A DNA stretch of 64,000 nucleotides from Octopus vulgaris (Eukaryota). The translations under genes were made by a program, and so were the position numbers. Positions 52,965-64,000 of the stretch are shown here, one piece after another. The notes beneath the pieces were generated by a model. It was not told the origin of the DNA and did not search any database. It was given only the letters and a program-made list of their open reading frames with translations. Position 1 is the first letter of the stretch; each line of letters opens with the position of its first letter. The DNA lies in the NCBI GenBank assembly GCA_951406725.2, contig OX597831.1, positions 59,272,001-59,336,000 of the forward strand. The letters are read 5' to 3'.

Positions 52965-54042
52965 AATTTGGGTGACATATATATTGTTCAAACTTGGGCA
53001 AAATGCCGCCAAAACTACTGCCAATATCAACAGAGCTAAGGGAGAGGGGTCCACAAGTGATCACACAGTACGAAGGTGTTTTCAGAAACTCCGTAGTGGT
53101 GATGAGAGCCTTGAAGATGAAGAATTTAGAGGAGGGTCATGCAGCCTTCGTAATGAACGATTGAAAGCGATTGTTAAACAAAACCCACGTCAAAATGTCA
53201 GAGAAATGTCTAAGGCATTTGGTGTCGGTATTGCAACGGTCTCACGTAATCTGCAGAAGATTGGTATGGTGAAAAACCTCGATAAGTGGGTACCGCATGA
53301 GCTCAATGAAAATCAAATAGTTCAGGGATTTGAAGTGTGCACGAAGCTCTTTCTGCGAAACACCAACGATCGTTTTCATGACCGAATAGTTACTTGTGAC
53401 GAAGAGAGGATCCTTTATGATAACCGTAAACTATCGGATAAATAGCTTCATCGTGATGAGTCCCCCAGAAACTTCCCAAAGCCAAATTTGCACCAGCAAA
53501 AGATTACGATGACTGTCTGTTGGTCCGCAATTGGTGTTGTTCATTAGAGCTTTCTGGAAGCCTATCAGAGCATTACAGCAGAGGTTCACTGCAATCAACT
53601 TGCTGAAATACAGGCTCACTTGCAAACATAAGAAGTACATTGGTGAATCGCTGTGGCCCAATTCTGCTCCAGGATAATGCAAAGACTCATATTGCAAGAA
53701 TGACGCTGCAGAAATTCACAGACTTGGGATACAAGACTTTACGACATCCTCCGTATTCTCTTGATCCTTCACCCACTAACTACCATTTTTTAGGCATTTA
53801 TACACGTTTTTATATTATATAACTTTCAGGTCCAAACCAGAGGTGGAATCAGCTTTCAATGATTTCTTAGCATCAAAGCCAATACGTTCTTATCATGTGG
53901 CATAAATAATCTCGTTGATCGATGGGAGAGATGCATAGATGTTCATGGCTCGTACTTTCACTAATCAAAGCATTTCTATTGGAAACTTTTCCACAATAAA
54001 ATTATGTTTCTGAAATCGGCCATTATTTTCGGAACAACGTAA
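52965..54042 (+). mobile_element. mariner transposon, 5'-truncated, with 3' TIR
   Basis: FKLGQNAAKTTANIN..TVRRCFQKLRSGDESLED..LDKWVPHELN..DRIVTCDEERILYDN, ILLQDNAKTH, HPPYSLDPSPTNYHF; ends CGGCCATTATTTTCGGAACAACGTAA followed by TA. Confidence 0.95.
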
Positions 54043-56954
54043 TATTTTAAACACCAATTTCCAAAGGTATCTTTATTATAATTTATTTATTCTTTGATTA
54101 TCATTCGTCATACTTACCTCGATTTATCATTATTTATATCTTTTTTAAAATCTCCTTTATACCTTTTATATCATCGGCAATGATGTATTTTATTTTACAA
54201 ATTCTGTAAAGAAAATTATATAAGAATATCTTAACTGTTATTATCATTTTGCAGTTTAAATTGTTCATACTTTCTGACATTAATTAATTGAAACATAGCA
54301 GATAAATCCCAACGGCTTTAATACTAACTGGTGTAGACTATATGCTCCATAAAACCTTATAATTATAAATAAAAATAAATAACTGTCTCACCGCTCTTAA
54401 ATCTTGATGCCCGCTATTTTCCTCTGCTACTCTCTAAATTATAGTAGGCCTGAATAGATATGCATTATTCTCTGTATTCATTCTGTCACAAATATAACAT
54501 AATGAAACGATGTAATTATTTTGGTTTCTAGTAACGATTTAAATTTACTATAAATGCTAACCATGGTTTATCCTTTATGTTGGAAATTTATCTGGTCAGC
54601 TGGGTCCGAGGAGAGCGCTTTCTTTCAAATTGATGTAATGCTTTCATTGATCGATTAAATAGAGGCGCTTGAAACGGCCGTAATGCATTGATACCTGGGC
54701 ATACATGTTACTTATTTGCATTATATATATATGGTGGAAGCTGTTTATTTTACCAATATCCTATAGTAGAATATAATACTTGCTTATGTATAGCGAAGAT
54801 AATCTTTATTTATTTATATATCTTGCATTTCTAGATATCCAAGTGCTGTGTTTTAACTCATAATATAATGTAACCTATACCATATCATATATTTATATTA
54901 TTACTAATGTTCAGTTGAAATCTTTCATACTGAAGCAAATTGCAAATGTCAGTCCATTATAGTTGAATAATATAAAAGGAATTTTGAATTAATATCATCA
55001 TAGAAATAATACGAAACCAATACTTTAACTATCGTGGATATGTGTACATATTTATATCTTTTCTACTGTTATGGCTAAACATATTCGACAAACGGTAGCG
55101 GGGTGTGCTATCGTGTCCTTTTGTTTGCCTTATTGATCAAGTCCAGGATAATGCTGTGCGTATTACAAGGGGCATAACCTAGTAGCTGTGCTAAAACAAA
55201 TACACTGGTACACTTGCACTGTAGCGGTGCTCTCTGTCACGCTGGATCGGAATAATTATAGAAGTGACATCTCGAGAGGTTGGATAGTTCAAATGTAAAC
55301 AACTTGATGCTAATGATAATGATGAATACGATGATGACGAAGACATCGATGATGATGTATGTTTAAAATACTGTTTAGGATTTGATCTGGAAATCTTAAC
55401 AAGCAAGTCACTAGTACTTAAGATATTTTTACTGGTAGAGAGATATTTCTAAAATTAGAGTTAGAGTTAACAGAAGCTAAGTTTTACGGTTAAGAAGTTA
55501 ACCACCTGTGATTTTTCAAATATAATCATTAAATACAGTTAATTGATGGGATGGTTGTTCATTAAAATTAATGTGAGTCATGGGAAAGAAATAAGAGAGT
55601 GGATTAAGTGAGACTAAACTTATTCCCTTTTTACTTTGTCTTCTTAAACCGAAAGTCAGAGAGAGAGAAAGAGAAAGAGAGAGAGAGCGAGGAAGCAAAA
55701 GATAAATAGAGAGAGAGAGAGAGAGAGAGAGAAGGGAAGGATTACTTTGCATTACCTTTTAAAAAGAATATATTATTTACAAGTGTTCTTGGATTTGTTA
55801 TTGTGTAATTATGTGTTCTGGCAAGAAAACATTACAAATGTAAAGACAGACAAATCTTAAAACTGATTAGCCCCCAAAAAGTAAGAAAAATAATTCGACG
55901 TACCTTATTATTATATTCACTTGCATATAGAAATAAATGGAAGAATTGGTTGGTTTTTGAAATCTTAATTAAAAAATTCAAACTCATTATGCAAACATTG
56001 GAAACAAATCATTGCTTCTCTTAACTTCCGTTGGTACGAACGATTCCGCGTACGATTTCGCTGTGTGAGGCAGCTTCTTCCTGGAAAATAAGCCATGCTG
56101 CGTATCGTTCAGTAAGACATTTACTTTTAGGAACAATATCAATTTCTTTCTTTATGATTCGTTTCATGATTTTACTTATATGTGAAATTAAAGATATTGA
56201 CCTGTAGTTTTTAGTATCCGCTTTGCACGCATCGTTGTGGATAGAATGAACAATGCCTTCTTTTATCTTTTTAGGAAGTTTTCAACCTGCAAAAGCCTCT
56301 AGAAAATTATATAATGTAATTTTACTAAAGCTTACATACATGACTTCAGAAGAATACCGAAGAAACCATAGGGGCCAGTTACTGAACTTCAGCTCAATTC
56401 GGCTTTATATCTGCCCAATCAGTTTAGGTATTACTTCCGCATATACTGTATTATACATTTGGCATACCTCTAATTTAATTATTCTTTACTTTCGATCCCA
56501 TATTTTTGATATCTTATAATTATCCACTTGTAACGAGGATAATAATCCTTGTTTTAATTTAATATTTACTATGTACCCTTACTCAGATAATAATTTAATT
56601 CATTTATAATTTCATTGTGGAATGGTTCTATCACGACCACCATAATAATATGTTTAGAGAAGGCCTTATGAACTTTCTCTTATATATTAAATTAGTCTAC
56701 TATCTGAATATCTGGAAATGCAAGATGCATAACTAAATAAAGAGATTTCCATATAGGTTATAATTCCGGTGTTTACTGCAATGCTTGGAAGGAATGTATG
56801 TAGCATGTAATCGTTACATCGACCCTGACAGAGAAATTTCAGAAAATTAAATCTTTAGCAAATTAAATTTTGCCAAAATCTTCGTGATAAAATTGCAATC
56901 ATTTAGGGGAGTTATAACAGCTTCTCCTAAAAATTGTCCAACCATTTGGATTAG

Positions 56955-57323
56955 ACCTCGTTCACGCCGCCGCCGTGGTGATCTCATTCTCGCCCACAAC
57001 ATCATAAGCGGAAAGTGTAACCTCTCGAAAGAGCTGTTCTTCACTCCTGCTCCAGAGCGTCGGCTGCGGGGTCATTCCGAAAAGCTCTACCTGCGACGAT
57101 TTCATCTCAATCGAAGGAGAGGAGCTTTCTCCGTCCGGGTTGCGGATCCGTGGAACAAGCTGCCAGACGAGATGGTGAAGATGCCGACGACCGCTTTGTT
57201 CAAAGCCTCCCTGGACCACAAGTGGCCTGAACTCTTTACATGAACACCACCCTGTACTTAACTCCATGTCCCCCTACATGGCCTTGCTATTTGCTTTTGA
57301 GCCAAATTAACTAACTAACTAAC
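56955..57323 (+). mobile_element. 5'-truncated CR1-like LINE 3' end with (TAAC)n tail, relatively young
   Basis: Uninterrupted RRRRGDLI..RLRGHSEKL..RRGAFSVRVADPWNKLP..FKASLDHKW* (CR1 RR.RGDLI, TRGH, FS.RV...WN.LP motifs), short UTR, AACTAACTAACTAAC; GC-rich against its flanks. Confidence 0.9.
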
Positions 57324-58902
57324 ATATATGCAACTCGAAAATATTTTGGTAGGAGAACCTCCATATCTATATGTATTGACATTTGTTTTGGGAGAAAACT
57401 TTTATTGTAAGAATAACTCGCTTTGTTGCTTAATCGTACAATTACAAAATACTTTAATTTACACAAGATTCTATTTATTTCGGAACGCATAGAATTAGGC
57501 TCCTGTGTGTTTTTTATCCCTTTAACTAAATTGAAACTTATGAAAGAAACCCGAATGGCTTTTGTTTTGCCATTCTGCTTTGTTAATATTCTAAGCTACA
57601 TTCCGTGTTGGACATTAATTCATGCCATGACATCTTTCTTACGGTATGGTACCCAAGATATTTCTTTAATTGCATCTCTCGACTCTTCAAATCAACACAT
57701 TATTGTCCTCTATTGATGACAATTTCTAGAATAATGCATGTTAAAATGTTTAACGGATTTATCGAATTACACTGAAAGTCTATACTTTCACCTAAAATAT
57801 AAAAGCGATGAATAAATCTGCCCAATCGACAGAAAATGTATTTTGTATATACATTTTTACAGATTTCTTCATTTATTCCAAGAAAATGGCTTTCTCAGAT
57901 ATCTATTATTGTTTATGTATCTATATTAGCCATGCTTCTAGACGACAGTAGCCGGAATTCCTATAAATCAACAGTTTACTCAAACACATCATAGCTTTTA
58001 TCTATTTCGTTTTCAGATACTCTTGCTCACAGAGAATTCTTCCTATTTGCTGACCAACTAGGGCGTTAAGAATTGTCTTGATAATGAATGCTTTTCCATG
58101 TCAAATTGAAGTATAGATTTTTCAGGTATATTTAGTCTATCCTAGTAACTACTTAACAGAAAAAAACACGCCGAAATATGGAAGTGAGAAGAATATAGAA
58201 TATTATATTGTATTTATTAACTGAGCACATAATGTTTCTTTATTTGAATGTGAAAATCTTTAATGCAATTTGTAGTAACTGTGAACATATAACCAACAGA
58301 ATAAAATAAAAAACATATTTACGTGTTACGTTTATATATTTGTTTTGCAAGATTTGTGATGTGAAATCGTGTCTTGAAACAGATATTGTTGTATTTAGAA
58401 ATCGTCATTTTGCCAGTTTAGCCAATAAAAACACACGCACTATATATTTGGTGTTACTTTGCTTCAGCGTTATTTATTTTTCTTTTACATTAATTTTAAT
58501 CTTATTTCGGCCAGAGTTCTTTTGTCACTCTCCTTTGACCGCATCAGTGGTCCTTTGCGTTCGTCTTTCTTATTTGTGTGTCTCTCCTTACGCGATGAAA
58601 ACTTATATTCAATGCTTAACGCGTCCATGCTTTGAGATTCCATTAATGAATCATAAACCACATTAAGTCAAATGGAGTTTGGTAAAGTTCAAACTGCCCA
58701 TAGAAAAGCCAATTTCTTCGATATGCTGTTCTATTTTCATACTTTCAAAATCCTCATGTTCTAGGGAACATACTTCTTCCCGCTTAAGTTTGCTTAAATT
58801 CTAAAACATTGAAAAAGAATCTATGAATTAGCGAGCATAAGAAAGTATTGCACTGGTTATAATTATTTCAAACCTTTGTGCATTATTAAATGCCATGTGT
58901 AG

Positions 58903-59560
58903 ACGGTGAGAAGGCAGAGTCGTTAGCAGCTGGATAAAATGCTAAGCGGCGTTTCATCCGTTTTTACTTATGGAGTTCAAATTCCACCAAAGTAGACTTT
59001 GCTATACTTCATTTCAGGGTCGATAAAATAAATACCAGTTCCAGTACTGTGGGTGATTAAGTGACCTGTACTCTACCCCAAAATGTCAAACATTGTGCCT
59101 ACTGCACAAAGGTTTATTAAATAGATTGTAAAGCTGATGAACTGGAAGCATCGTATGCACGCCTTATATCTTAGCTGAACGTCGACCATATAAACGTTCT
59201 GAGTTCAAATATCACCAAAGTAAACTTTGCCTTTTCCCCGTTAATAGAATAAGTCCCATTGAGAACGGGATTCAATGTAATTGACTTCCCTCTCAGCGCA
59301 AAATTGCTTGCCTCGTGCCTATATTATAAAGGATTATTAAATGCCATGAGAGCTGCCTGTTGGCAGCATCGTAAGAACTTTGTAGAAAATGCTTTGGTGT
59401 AGTCTACTGACATAGCACATTCTGAGTTGAAATTTTATGTAAGTTAGTTTTTTTTTTGGCGTTCTTTCGAGGGCGTCAGAATAAATACTACTTGTGCGCT
59501 GGGATCGATGCAATCGGCTATCGTCACCTCTAAATTTGTTGACCATGAGCTAAAATGTGA
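58903..59560 (+). mobile_element. Cluster of three old SINE family C copies
   Basis: Repeated GAGTTCAAATTCCACCAAAGTAGACTTTGC..GGGTCGATAAAATAAATACCAG-like segments at ~58975, ~59200 and ~59425, homologous to 61173-61590. Confidence 0.7.
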
Positions 59561-61172
59561 ATCAATTAATTGCCACACATTTCATCTTATTATTTCGGCC
59601 CTATTGGCAGGAGTAAAGAGAGAGAGGATGAAACCAATGCAAACTTAGGTTTAGTTATATGAAAAACAAGACCATGCCGCACGCACCTAATTCGTGACAA
59701 ATCTTAACTTCATATAATTCATTTGATATATGTTATTTAAGGAAAACAGCAATGCGAATAACATGCAGAATATTAAAATGTTTCAAAAAAGTCAAGTTTG
59801 TTCCATTTCTTGGTTTAAAGCTCGTCTGATATAGTTTTTCTATTCATAGATCCTCTGCAATCAAAATAAATTCATGTAAAAGAGATATAGGTTTAAATTT
59901 CCCGCCCTTAAAATTATATAAAAACCATATTCAAGAAGTGCATTATAATCCTTGCAGAAACGTTTCATTAACTGACTGTTAATTCGAATCGAAAGTGAAA
60001 GAAAATCATTCATGCGTTAACCGTTTAAATTATGTGCTACTTTTAGTGAAGTACAAGCTAATAGTGAGACGCGTACTGTTGGAAGTATTATAGTTCATCA
60101 GATGCTGTGATCAAATACGCATTCTATAAGAACTGAAGTATTCATGAACAGATATATTCATATCAAATCGAGAATAGCGCTTCATGTCAAATCGAGAATT
60201 GCGCTGTCATTGTCCAGTCGGGGATGTAAACATTGATATACTGAATATTCGATACAAGTAGAATTGCTAAAATATTTCCCAGCTGGATATTAATGATTCT
60301 GAAAAGCATGTGGGTTTATACTCTTGCTTTCCAGCATTGAAAACTGCGTCTTTTGCTCAAGACCTTTCTCGGCATCATGTCCATAGATAATTAATCATGG
60401 ACTGTAGCCACTGAAGATAAGGAGAATTTCCAGTGAAAGGAAACACATATGCGATCACTCTAATTCCAATAAATTTAATTTATATCGTCTGCAATTCACT
60501 TCCTGCCGTATTTATTAAAAGAGAACGTTGGGTAATATGCTGCTGGGTACGTTATGCATAAATATAACACTAATCATATATATGGAGTAGTCATGTATAG
60601 AATAACATTCACCATACATCAATTAAATCGGGATTGATATTGAATTGAAAAACACAAACATAGCTTAATGAATTGCCTGCCCTACAAAGAACTGAAAGCA
60701 CTAGCTCTTCATGTTAAAATGGTTTTCACAAACGCAGACTTTGCGCGAATAATTAACTGCACTCATTTATGCCAAGCTTTTATAATTTAACAAAAAATTC
60801 TTAGCCTCAGTCATGCAAAATCCACTGACCTATATTCCCATTAGAAATGCCCCTTACTTTCCAGTAAAATCGTACCACCGCTTCATGTGATGCGCTTCAG
60901 TATCATGAAAAATCTCCCTTGGGAAAAACATCTACTTTACTAGATACTCTTCCAAAAACGAAGGCCCTTCTTTTCAGGATCGGAAAATACTTCACACTCA
61001 TTGACTGATAATACTGTAAAAGGATGACGTGAGACCAATAAAAGAATTGTAATGCTATACCAGCTCAAATTTTCATAATAGCATAGTAGCATAGCCTGGA
61101 AAAAAACATGAATTGCGTGAAACAATGCGAGCAAGAGAAATAATATTCTTAAGATTATAAATCTGAAAATAT

Positions 61173-61590
61173 GAGGCGGCGAGATGGCAGAAACGTTAGC
61201 ACGCCGGGCGAAATGCTTAGAGGTATTTCGTCTGTCGCTACGTTCTCAGTTCAAATTCCGCTGAGGTCGACTTTGCCTTTCATCCTTTCGGGGTCGATAA
61301 ATTAAGTACCAGTTACGCACTGGTGTCGATGTAATTGATTTAATCCGTTTGTCTGTCCTTGTTTGTCCTCTCTGTGTTTAGCCCCTTGTGGGTAGTAAAG
61401 AAATAAGTATTTCGTCTGCCGTTACGTTGTAAGTTCAAATTCCACCGAGGTCAACTTTACCTTTTATCCTTTCGGGATAGATAAATTAAGTACCAGTTCC
61501 GCACTGGGGTCTATGTAATCTACTTAATCCGTTTGTCTGTCCTTGTTTGTCCCTTTTGTGTTTAGCCCCTTGTGGGTAGCAAAGAAATAT
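61173..61590 (+). mobile_element. SINE family C with tandemly duplicated 3' body and 14-bp TSD
   Basis: Head GGCGGCGAGATGGCAGAAACGTTAGC, B-box-like AGTTCAAATTCC, body GCCTTTCATCCTTTCGGGGTCGATAAATTAAGTACC; ~185-bp segment repeated (61222-61406, 61407-61590); TSD TATAAATCTGAAAA at 61156-61169 and 61590-61603. Confidence 0.9.
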
Positions 61591-61605
61591 ATAAATCTGA
61601 AAACG

Positions 61606-61942
61606 TACAGGACAAGTTCATACTTGGGAAAGTTCATGACAAGTTATTACTTTTGATAAAGTATAGAACAAGAAAAGTTTTTACCTAAAATATTGCAGCT
61701 GAGGATAAAATATTTTAATTACGTTTTTTTTATTTTTAATATAACAAGTCATAGCAAATAGAAGTAATAACTTGTAATAAAATTTTTAGTTTTAATAAAA
61801 ACTATTATTTTCTAAATCTAAATATTTTATTTCAAATTTTATCCTTAGCTGCAATATTTTAAGTAAAAAATTTATTGTTCTGTACTTTACCAAATGTAAT
61901 ATGTTGTCCTGAAATTTTCCAAGTGTAATAACTTGTCCTGCA
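61606..61942. mobile_element. MITE-like foldback with ~105-bp terminal inverted repeats
   Basis: CAGGACAAGTT..AGAACAA..TAAAATATTGCAGCTGAGGATAAAAT vs ATTTTATCCTTAGCTGCAATATTTTA..TTGTTCT..AACTTGTCCTG; AT-rich non-coding interior. Confidence 0.75.
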
Positions 61943-62189
61943 ATTTTCCAGATCTACAACCTTATGAATATTGTTTCTCTTACTCGCATTTCTTATTATA
62001 AAGATGCGTATAAAACTGTTTGAAGAGTGGCTCCTCATCAAATTCCTCTCAAATTAAACTTTTGATTATATTTTGAAATACGATGTCAATTCACACCTTA
62101 CCTATTTGTATATTCTTATATTTTTTTATTCTTTTCTACGTTTTAGCCCAAGGATATAGTCATGCTGCAGCACCGCCACTGTGATTTCA

Positions 62190-62830
62190 TTTTCAATGGC
62201 CGGGGAGTGAGTTCAACATTGCCACCTTCTTTTGAGTTACCTCTTTCGATATTAGTTCCCCTGTGACATTGGACAGCGAGAGGTCAAGTTCTTTCAGGAA
62301 AACATCTACTGCTCCAGTAAGATGCCTCAGATATTTTGGCAAATCCTTGAACAGCTGTGGGCTCTTGAATCCCAAGTTATTGTAATATATGGTCCTCACT
62401 CTAGACATTTCGAACAGTAGAGATTCGGGGGCTGGTATTGCTCTGGATACCAAAGTTCGATGCCAATCCCTCTGGGATCTGCCATATATATATCACTGCT
62501 ACCCTTCCCGTCTTCGCTCCAGGGAGTAGAGTCGTAGCTCTTTAAGTCTCTCCCAATAGCTCAGCTGTTTCGATGATGCAAACTTCCTGGCGTATCACTG
62601 CTTAACTGTCTCACATTCTGCTATTAATTGAATAGTCGAGAGCAGTAGTCCAGATGGCTGAGAGGATGGTCCTCCATAGAACCAGAAAGGTTTCCTGGTC
62701 CTTTGTATTGATGGTTCTCAGAATCCGACTGGCTCATCTTGGTAATATGCACGTGAAACAAAGCATCGTGGCTCATATCTATCCACAGATAACGCACTGT
62801 ATGTGACCCTGAAATTGCCGCACCTTTTGG
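62190..62830 (-). mobile_element. CR1/L2-group LINE 3' region fragment (similar to 10380-11950)
   Basis: SYWERLKELRLYSLERRRE, NNLGFKSPQLFKDLP..FLKELDL.LS.V motifs on the minus strand. Confidence 0.8.
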
Positions 62831-62844
62831 TCCAAATTGTTGCG

Positions 62845-63092
62845 GTTATGGGGACGTGACCACACACCAGCATCGGTTGTCAAGCTATTTTAGGGGACAA
62901 ACACAGACACACAAACACAAACATACATACATTCGACCGGCTCCTTTCAGTTTCCGTCTACCAAATCCACTCAAAAGGCTTTGGTTTGCCCGAAGCTAAA
63001 TTAGAAGACACTTGCCCTAGGTGCCACGCAGTGGCACTGAACCCGGAACCATGTGGTTGATGAGCAAGCTACTTACCACATAGCCACTCCTG
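62845..63092 (-). mobile_element. SINE family B, 5' two-thirds
   Basis: Reverse complement reads AGGAGTGGCTATGTGGTAAGTAGCTTGCT..CCGGGTTCAGTGCCACTGCGTGGCACCTAGGGCAAGTGTCTTCTA. Confidence 0.85.
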
Positions 63093-64000
63093 GTAACATT
63101 TTCTGAACTAAATTTATGCTGCCAATTTTCTCTTGGTATTTTGATCATACTAGCATAATTTCGAGTTCATAAAAGACCAAAAATCTTCCCTCCTAGACAT
63201 ATTATCACTGAACAAATGTGGTGAAGTAAGAGAAAATTAATTCTACAAATTCCCTTGAAATTCTATATACAATTTATTTCATTTATATATTTTACTACCT
63301 ATCTTACTTGTCGTAGTTCCATCTGAGAGGGTATTAATCCTTTACCGTAATTCCTTCCGTTCAGATCTCAGGTGTGGCGGCGGATTTTCTTCATCGATTT
63401 CTAAACTACTCAGTTGTATCATGCGTTGGTCATGAAGAATCAATATTGTCCCACTTTATCGTGACAATCTGCTGCCCATTATTAGGTTTATGTCATAAGA
63501 TTTTCTCAAATTCTGTTTTTGTTTGTCAGTTATTCTCATAATCATTTATTACATCAGCTTGTTTTGTAGTTGTAGAATTATTTGAAAGTAGAAACGATTG
63601 TTTCGTAGCTATGTGAATTAGCTTTCCATTGTTCGCTAGATATATTAATAGCCCATTTTATTATTATGTATATTATTATACGTATTTGTATTTCAGTAAT
63701 CTTAAAATTGCGTGGTTTGATTGTATAACTAAGTTTGGTTAGGCGTATCTTATATTTGTGTGGTTTCTGTTTCTTTTATATTTTTGTCATTTTATTACTT
63801 GCTTATGCCTAGAAGACACATAAATAATTACATCTATAGACACTAGATTTTAAACTAATGTCTATAGAAATAATTATTTATGTGTCTATATCTGCTTTTG
63901 TTTTATTATTCCCAACACACATCAAAATAAGTTAATTGTTTATATTTTACCTCTTGAAAGTCTGGATGTTTCTGTATTTGTTTGCATAGGAGGGGATTTT

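Noticed and set aside
63310-63480. Minus-strand stretch reading like coding sequence (MIQLSSLEIDEENPPPHLRSERKELR*)
   Set aside because: Short, bounded by stops, with no recognisable family.

Overview
AT-rich, microsatellite-saturated animal genomic DNA. The SINE families and repeat style look like an octopus or other coleoid cephalopod; this is inferred from repeat resemblance, not verified. No host protein-coding exon could be supported, and most ORF-track entries are (TA)n/(CA)n/(TATC)n artefacts. The window is a graveyard of mobile elements: a Helitron Rep remnant, two mariner copies and a Tc1/mariner end, an internally deleted Merlin-like transposon with TIRs and an 8-bp TSD, a Penelope-like element (RT + GIY-YIG), RTE-, CR1/L2- and RLE-type LINE fragments, three tRNA-derived SINE families and several foldback elements. 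The most striking signal is about ten minimal type I hammerhead-ribozyme motifs (CUGANGA - stem II - GAAA - short palindromic stem III - GUH) in several apparently different repeat families. Two have intact cores and lie exactly 560 nt apart in a head-to-tail tandem repeat (46334-47448), the layout of a retrozyme-like, circular-RNA-forming unit. Another sits in the loop of a foldback element, and another follows a tRNA-like Pol III head fused to the 3' end of the Penelope-like element.
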